The notes under the pieces are model-generated. The model did no database searches, was not told the origin of the DNA, and saw nothing but the letters and a program-made list of their open reading frames with translations. From an uncultured Candidatus Saccharibacteria bacterium (lineage in GTDB: Bacteria > Patescibacteriota > Dojkabacteria > GCA-002793355), in NCBI GenBank assembly GCA_964525295.1, contig CAZGEO010000001.1, positions 572,314 to 636,313 of the forward strand: a stretch of 64,000 nt of DNA. Reading direction: 5' to 3'. The position numbers and the translations under genes were made by a program. The first letter of the stretch is position 1; each line of letters begins with the position of its first letter. This document shows positions 57,962 through 64,000 of this stretch, in pieces.

Positions 57962-58204
57962 ATGCCAAAGAATGGTCATTTGCCCAAAGTTAAACAGTTG
58001 ATGTCATACATCACAAAACGTAAGAAATCATGGACCGTTGCGGTATACGATAGAAAAACGAAAAAGAGAGCTGTTGGTAATTCTTTAGCAGAAATATTGC
58101 AAAATTTCGGCGAACATAGTGATGATATTGTCGTGGTCGATTATCAAGAGTGGCGAAATTTTGCAAAAAATGAGGGCCTAAGCGACGATGAAGCCGATTT
58201 ATGA
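57962..58204 (+). CDS. Hypothetical small basic protein
   Basis: Start moved to the ATG just after the AI-2E stop. 4-nt overlap with the downstream aspartic protease gene. Confidence 0.35.
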   Translation: MPKNGHLPKVKQLMSYITKRKKSWTVAVYDRKTKKRAVGNSLAEILQNFGEHSDDIVVVDYQEWRNFAKNEGLSDDEADL

Positions 58205-58599
58205 ACCGTCTGATACTTTCATCGCCAAACTTTTATTTAGGTGATCAAGGCCATCCTTTTTGTGAAACAGGCATTCAAGGAATAACGGCAAAAACAACAT
58301 GTCTCGTAGATACGGGATTTTCCTTGGGTTTTGCCTTCTCTCAAAAATCGATTTCACGCTTCAAGTTTTCTGAGGGCTACGTAATTACGATGCTTCTTGG
58401 TAATGGTGCGCCAACCAAGGGAATAGTTTTTCCTGTTGAAGTACTAATTCAAAATGAAGCAGTTCAAGAAGTATTGGGCATGACATCTGTTGTGTTTATG
58501 GAGAAAAAGGGTGATCCTTTATTAGGAATCGAAACGATTAGGTTATTTTCCCCTGTGCATTTAGATTGGAATACTAACCAAATTATTGTTCGCTCTTAG
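58201..58599 (+). CDS. Retropepsin-like (clan AA) aspartic protease
   Basis: CLVDTGFS (D-T-G active-site triad) in a 132-aa protein; second-half hydrophobic flap region. Confidence 0.6.
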   Translation: MNRLILSSPNFYLGDQGHPFCETGIQGITAKTTCLVDTGFSLGFAFSQKSISRFKFSEGYVITMLLGNGAPTKGIVFPVEVLIQNEAVQEVLGMTSVVFMEKKGDPLLGIETIRLFSPVHLDWNTNQIIVRS

Positions 58600-58686
58600 C
58601 TTGCTATCGTCGAAAATTCAAAATTCATTAAGCAATTTATGACTACTCAACGTTGCAATCAGATTAAACTGTGAGAATATAAGTAT

Positions 58687-59313
58687 ATGAAAGAAAAGAA
58701 AGTATTATTACTCTTGCTGCTAGTTTTACTTTTTAGTGCCGGTATATTGGGTGTCATTTATTTAGTGACGACACGTAGTCAACCACAACTTCCTGTTGCA
58801 GGTATTACCCAATCTGGCGTACTTTTAGAATTATCTGCAGTTGAAATGCCAACTACGGTTGAAACAATCTGTCAACCGCTAGAATTCAGAATTACTATGA
58901 AAAATATTGGCTCTGAAAAGTTGACACTGAAAGATATAACAGATTCACGTTATAAATTCGTTATTCTCGAAAAATCAACATACCTCAGTTTCTTGTATAC
59001 AAACACGCTAGAATGGGGTAAGCCTACACTTGAGATTTCTGAATTTGATGAATTGCTCCCAGGTAAATCCACTGCAATTACCTTGAAAACTCACGAAGTC
59101 GTTGGAAACACCGAAGATGCAACTGTTCGTAATGGATTCTCAGCACTTTTTCAAAAGGGTAGTGGCCAAGCAGAATTCGAACTTTCATTCCAACGAATTG
59201 ATGATGATAACACCGTAAGTATTCGTAGCAATAAGTTGCCTTTTACGCTAAATATTAACGCATTTGAATCTAATAGAACCGAAATCGGCTATCTTAATAA
59301 AGTGTGTGACTAA
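58687..59313 (+). CDS. Hypothetical secreted/membrane-anchored protein
   Basis: N-terminal TM (VLLLLLLVLLFSAGILGVIYLV), then a soluble about 170-aa domain. Confidence 0.4.
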   Translation: MKEKKVLLLLLLVLLFSAGILGVIYLVTTRSQPQLPVAGITQSGVLLELSAVEMPTTVETICQPLEFRITMKNIGSEKLTLKDITDSRYKFVILEKSTYLSFLYTNTLEWGKPTLEISEFDELLPGKSTAITLKTHEVVGNTEDATVRNGFSALFQKGSGQAEFELSFQRIDDDNTVSIRSNKLPFTLNINAFESNRTEIGYLNKVCD

Positions 59314-61502
59314 CGTACTACAACAGCAGTGTAGTTGAAGTAAGACCACTTATTCTTGAATGCGCTTGCAGTATACAATTCCTGGTTAAATGTTGGCCAT
59401 GGGTCACGAACATAAAAGTGGGTTGGTGCATTTTCACTTCCTTTGAAACCATAAACGACGACCGAATGCATGTTTGGCTTTGCTCCATGCTGATTGTACC
59501 AACTGTACGAACCAGAATAACTAAAGCCATTCCACCACCAGACAATTACTGGGTTCCCTTTTGCAATTTCTTTTGCAATTCCGGCAGTATTCCAGCCTCG
59601 ATACACATCAGCGCCTCTTCCTCGATAGCGAATATATTGAGCAATTGGGTCCCAATGAACGCCATATTGATCAATCCAATCTGCATTCGGATTTCCTCCG
59701 GTTTGGGCAGCTTTATTGTAAGGCTGTCCTGACCCAATATACGATATTAACGATCCTACATCGGAACCACCCGGAACTGAGACACCTTTCGCTGCAAGTG
59801 CCATCTTCGCAGCTACTAAATTACAATGGAATGAACCATAAGATTGTTTCATTAAAGGAACGCTAATGGTTATGGTTTGCGGACGGGTAGTGAAGGTGAA
59901 GGTAAAATTTTCTTTACTGTCCCATCCATCGATACTTTTGATGCCTGCTTTAACGGTAACGGTATATTTTGTTTGATAATAGAGTTCAGAACTTGGGCTG
60001 AAGCTTAAACTGTTATTGCTCCATGAATATTTAAGCCCTGCACTTGGTGAAATTGAGATATGTTGTTCTGCACTTCCGTGATCTACCCCTTGGTCAAAAG
60101 TGATTTGCATTTGTTGAGTTACCGATACATTGCCTGCACCATTTTTTGGATTTGTGCCAATTACCTTGACGAAGCCGAGTGTTTCGAATTGATGAACATA
60201 TTCTGTCATTAAAACGCCACCTTTAGCTGTCATAATGTCGGTAGTAAAGGTCATTTTGTAACCTGTCCCTTTATTCATAGGTTGCTTTAATTTAAGAGTT
60301 AATTCACTCTTATCTTCATTCCAAATTTTTTCTGCATCGACAGCAGGCTCAATGTTTAGGCCTTTTTCGACACTATCTGTGTTCATAGGTTCGGTAAAAG
60401 TCACTACAATTGGTGCCATTGGAGGAACACTGCTCCCCTGAGTAGTAATGTTTTTTATGCCTGGTGGGGTGACTGTCTTAAAGGATATAAACATCCCTTT
60501 GTCTGGCTCATCTGTACTTTCAGCTTGTCCTGTTTTGTAATTGTAGACTTGTTTTGCTCGTTGCAATTCAAGTTTGTATTCTTTTCCTTGTTCAAGCGGT
60601 TTATTGAATTTGAGTTGAATTACCGTTGGAATGTCTTGTACGATGGTGTAATCTACGGCTGGTTCAAAGGTTGGAATGAGCTTAAACGAGCCGGTTGCTG
60701 CAGAATCAAGCGTAAGTTGAATGGGCGAAGTTACTGAAACATCAACGGCCTTGTCTTTAATTGAAACGTCACTAATAGTAGGGAATTTTGGCGTTGAAAG
60801 AACATAACCTTGTTCGTGACTCCCTGCAGTTTGCATGACATTGGTAATACCAGAAAGGTAAAAAATGACGCCAGTATCATAAGGAACTGAATGAACAGGT
60901 TTAATTTTAACGCCAGTATAGATCTGCAAATCAACGCCGATACCCGTATATTGACGAAGTAATTCTGTATATTGAGTAAACGGTGAAATAAATTCAAGTG
61001 TTGCCTCAAGTTCTTTTGGCGCAGTTTCAATCTTCATAGTATTAGGATGAAAAGGTTTATCAAACATAACGATTGCTGGTTTGTTATCAACATAAAGTTG
61101 TTGATCTGCAGGGTCGGTATAGGTTACATAGGGGCGAGAATAGAAATAAAGCACTGTGTAAGCAATGCTTGCTCCCATTAGTGCTATGAAATACAAACCA
61201 ATCAATAATCGTTTGGGAGTGAGTTTACCAAAGCGAATAGTTGGTATATGTGGTAATTTTTCGAAAATTCTAGCAAGTTTTCCCTTTGCCTTTATTTCGG
61301 GTTCGCGATCTAGTCCGGTAATGACGCGCTTTCGCATAAACGGCAGAGTAAAGGTAATTTTACTTCCAATCTTCTTTACTAATTTGATTACAAGTGAGCC
61401 GATAAATCCTAGAATTTTGAATATTATCCACAGCAACAAGACTACCAAAGGCAGTGCCCAGAATAGCGCGAGTAGCAGAGTGTCTCTGGTAAATGCATCC
61501 AT
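59310..61502 (-). CDS. Membrane-anchored surface protein with Ig-like repeats and C-terminal peptidase C39-like domain
   Basis: N-terminal TMs. Repeated beta-rich modules. C-terminal candidate Cys nucleophile (GSFHCNLVAAKMALAA) and His (NMHSVVVYGF) in C39_2-like order. Confidence 0.5.
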   Translation of the reverse strand: MDAFTRDTLLLALFWALPLVVLLLWIIFKILGFIGSLVIKLVKKIGSKITFTLPFMRKRVITGLDREPEIKAKGKLARIFEKLPHIPTIRFGKLTPKRLLIGLYFIALMGASIAYTVLYFYSRPYVTYTDPADQQLYVDNKPAIVMFDKPFHPNTMKIETAPKELEATLEFISPFTQYTELLRQYTGIGVDLQIYTGVKIKPVHSVPYDTGVIFYLSGITNVMQTAGSHEQGYVLSTPKFPTISDVSIKDKAVDVSVTSPIQLTLDSAATGSFKLIPTFEPAVDYTIVQDIPTVIQLKFNKPLEQGKEYKLELQRAKQVYNYKTGQAESTDEPDKGMFISFKTVTPPGIKNITTQGSSVPPMAPIVVTFTEPMNTDSVEKGLNIEPAVDAEKIWNEDKSELTLKLKQPMNKGTGYKMTFTTDIMTAKGGVLMTEYVHQFETLGFVKVIGTNPKNGAGNVSVTQQMQITFDQGVDHGSAEQHISISPSAGLKYSWSNNSLSFSPSSELYYQTKYTVTVKAGIKSIDGWDSKENFTFTFTTRPQTITISVPLMKQSYGSFHCNLVAAKMALAAKGVSVPGGSDVGSLISYIGSGQPYNKAAQTGGNPNADWIDQYGVHWDPIAQYIRYRGRGADVYRGWNTAGIAKEIAKGNPVIVWWWNGFSYSGSYSWYNQHGAKPNMHSVVVYGFKGSENAPTHFYVRDPWPTFNQELYTASAFKNKWSYFNYTAVVVR

Positions 61503-61504
61503 AG

Positions 61505-64000
61505 TTATTTCGCGTATAAATTATAATATCCTTGTAAGGTAATATAGACGTAAGGCCCGCTATCACTGTTTGCCATATACATTCTTGAAAGATTTAATAC
61601 TTGTTCAATTTTTGGACCTTCTTTATTAAAATAATCGGGGTGACTTATATAAGTAATCATTCTTGGTCCACTGAATGTTTCGCCATTTGCGTTGTCTGCC
61701 ATTCGCTTTACCATTGCATCGACGGTAAATGCCCAAGAGTCCCCACCGTTATTAGGCATTTCGTAAATACCGATGCTGTTTGCCTTTGACGTGGATTTAT
61801 TAATATCAGTTTTTGAAACCCAGTAAGGTTGAGTTGTTGTTGAAAGTGACCAAGGTCCATTATATAGCGTACCTCTTCCAAATGATCGTGTTGAATAAGC
61901 TGTTCGTCCTGAGGTGTCGATTTTAATCCCAGCTTCTGAAGCAGCTTTGAGAACATTGGTACTTGAGAACCACCCTCCAGAGCGGAATGTTGTTGGTTTT
62001 GGTAGTCCTTTTTTGGGGAATTCTGCGACAGCCCAATTAAACATTTTTACGTGATCTTCGTAGGCATACTCAGAAATTGGAATATCGTATCCATCGGTTA
62101 GATTATTCCAGCCGGGAATTTCGAGTGGTGTAACGCCAATAGAGGTAAGCATATCTCGATACATATGCAAGTGAAGGGCTATTTCATCGCCGAATTTTTT
62201 GTATCCATCGTTAACGTAATTGACCATATTTTGGGCAACTGACTTACTTACAACGCTTGTATTCCATAATCGAGGGTTAAACATGTGGGTAATAACTAAC
62301 CCTGGATTGTTCGTTCTGATTCGTGCAATTGAGTCAAGAACGCCCTGATTCACGGCATATCCTTCCCAGTCTAGTGTCCAGGCAATATACACTGGATAAC
62401 TAACCCAATAATTTTTCTGATCACTGTAGACGATCGGATCAGTTCCTTCTTTTTTTAATGTCACGCCGTAGGTAACTGAGCGTTTTCCTGTTCCTTCATT
62501 GGCGAAATCGATGCTTACTGGCATCGTTATTGTTGACATTGCGGGAATGAACCCAGCAGGGAAGAGCTCTGAATGATCTAGGTTTACGCATTCAGGATTC
62601 TCGATTGCTAATTCTTTGTCATTTTCAGTTAATTTGATGACTCTTTGCGCATCTTCAAGGTAAAGTGATAAATCTTCACAGGTAACAGGCATCGTAAATA
62701 GAAATGCTTGAACGCTATTGTTCGGTGTATTTTTTACAAACCATTTCTTTCCTATGGTTTCAAATGGTTTAAATGCCCATTCTGTAATATCTTTGTTGAT
62801 AATGCCAAGTTTTGTACCGCTAGGTTCGGTTGTTTGAGTAATGTATGGAAGGTGCGTTTGTGGCGCAATTGATACAGTTTCGGTAAATGAAACTGCTATT
62901 CCTTCGAAACTTTCTTCTGTTGTAAAGTTCACAATAATATTGTTGTAGCCAAAATTTGCAAACTTCGTTTCAAGTTTCTTGACTCCGCCATTTTTAAGAA
63001 GTCCATATACAGAAATGTCTGATCCATTGGCATTCGTTTGAATATCGAGTGGATGAATGTCAACGTGTGCAGCACCTGCTTTGTAATCATCGTTAAATTT
63101 GATGAAAGCTGCTTTATATCCTAAGAATGGCCATTCATCTTTTCGCTCATATGAACTGCTGAGCATTCGAGAAACGCGTTCTTCATGTGAAATTGGGGTA
63201 GGGGTAATAAGTGGTTCAGTTGGTTTAACAGTACCAATTACTTTACCGATAGTAACGCTTTGCACAGTATAAATGAAAACTAGATGAAAAATGAAGAAAA
63301 GTATTGCTTGTTTTCCAACCCATTGTAAGCTTGTTGAAAGAATATTCTGTTTTTCACGTTCTAAAAGGGTAGCTAAATAAACGATTAGTGCAGAAACTGT
63401 AATACCCGACGCAATAAAGAAGAGTGTTGGGGGCCAACGAATTATATCAAGATCGTTTATGGTGAGCGAAATTTTCTCTAATGGAATTGCGATGAAGCTA
63501 ATCACTAACGTTGCAAGAATTACGCTGAGTGCCTCAATACCATAATCCTTTGGACTTTCGAGTTTCTTTGACCATCCGAGCCAAATACCAACGCCATAAA
63601 CAACGCCATAAGAGATTAATGGGAAGGTATGAAATGAGGAAGATCCGACAATTAATGACAACCAATAATTTGTGTTAATAGTTGCAGTATATTTTCCTAA
63701 AATAACGAAGAGTAGGCCAATAAGAAGAACCAGTAGTCCTCCAACAGAATGAGTCAGAATTTTCTTTGTAATGGTAATTCTTCTGAAAACGGCAATCAAT
63801 AAATAAGCAAAAATTGGAAGAATTGCGAGTGTCAAGAGGTATTCTTCGAGATAAATTGGTCCAGTGAATAGAGACAAAATATCCTTTTGTTGCATGAGTG
63901 TGTAAAACACCCCTAATCCTAAGTAAACAACGAAAAGACCGGCAGATCGCTTTAGTGTCTTTTTGAAATCAAGATGATCGTATCCGTAGCCAATGAGAAA
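61505..64000 (-). CDS. Large polytopic membrane protein with extracytoplasmic C-terminal domain (5' end outside window)
   Basis: ORF stays open upstream of the GTG at 63908-63910, through to the window edge. About 11 TM helices then an about 500-aa soluble domain (DWEG, LHLHMY motifs) of unclear family. Confidence 0.45.
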   Translation of the reverse strand, partial: FLIGYGYDHLDFKKTLKRSAGLFVVYLGLGVFYTLMQQKDILSLFTGPIYLEEYLLTLAILPIFAYLLIAVFRRITITKKILTHSVGGLLVLLIGLLFVILGKYTATINTNYWLSLIVGSSSFHTFPLISYGVVYGVGIWLGWSKKLESPKDYGIEALSVILATLVISFIAIPLEKISLTINDLDIIRWPPTLFFIASGITVSALIVYLATLLEREKQNILSTSLQWVGKQAILFFIFHLVFIYTVQSVTIGKVIGTVKPTEPLITPTPISHEERVSRMLSSSYERKDEWPFLGYKAAFIKFNDDYKAGAAHVDIHPLDIQTNANGSDISVYGLLKNGGVKKLETKFANFGYNNIIVNFTTEESFEGIAVSFTETVSIAPQTHLPYITQTTEPSGTKLGIINKDITEWAFKPFETIGKKWFVKNTPNNSVQAFLFTMPVTCEDLSLYLEDAQRVIKLTENDKELAIENPECVNLDHSELFPAGFIPAMSTITMPVSIDFANEGTGKRSVTYGVTLKKEGTDPIVYSDQKNYWVSYPVYIAWTLDWEGYAVNQGVLDSIARIRTNNPGLVITHMFNPRLWNTSVVSKSVAQNMVNYVNDGYKKFGDEIALHLHMYRDMLTSIGVTPLEIPGWNNLTDGYDIPISEYAYEDHVKMFNWAVAEFPKKGLPKPTTFRSGGWFSSTNVLKAASEAGIKIDTSGRTAYSTRSFGRGTLYNGPWSLSTTTQPYWVSKTDINKSTSKANSIGIYEMPNNGGDSWAFTVDAMVKRMADNANGETFSGPRMITYISHPDYFNKEGPKIEQVLNLSRMYMANSDSGPYVYITLQGYYNLYAK

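Overview
Low-GC (roughly 38-40%), gene-dense bacterial chromosomal segment with about 65 protein genes on both strands. This is reading by eye only; no searches were run. The gene content suggests a small-genome, possibly CPR/Patescibacteria-like organism: DUF4012, PEGA, many small membrane proteins, PilN/PilO without PilQ, and HTH-NUDIX fusions. Lineage is inference only.

Recognisable core genes:
- Nucleotide excision repair: uvrB, uvrA and a short uvrC, plus a LexA repressor and a MutY/Nth-like glycosylase.
- An archaeal/eukaryal-type tyrS followed by tyrA, preceded by a T-box leader.
- A peptidoglycan precursor cluster: pgeF, murE, an mpl/murC-like ligase, murB and murA.
- groEL without a flanking groES.
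- tgt and rpoD.
- pilN and pilO.
- An ABC-2 transporter with two permeases.
- A HIT protein, an AI-2E transporter, and assorted hydrolases (HD x2, GNAT x2, HAD, VOC).

A tmRNA gene (ssrA) sits at about 26.1-26.6 kb. It is followed by a GC-rich block with no ORFs and a HigB-like toxin. The adjacent antitoxin is a HigA-type HTH fused to an ImmA/IrrE Zn-peptidase. A degenerate copy of the tmRNA 3' end lies at about 30.75 kb. Together these suggest a decayed integrated islet.

Other notable items:
- Three HTH-NUDIX fusion proteins, two of them paired with nucleotide phosphatases.
- A candidate LexA operator overlapping the lexA -35 box.
- A CIRCE-like dyad upstream of groEL.
- A recurring AT-rich motif family at gene 3' ends, including an identical 25-mer at two loci.
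- A tandem octamer array at about 313-384.
- A tandem repeat of about 180 bp downstream of groEL.

No CRISPR array, rRNA, canonical tRNA, transposase or integrase was seen.
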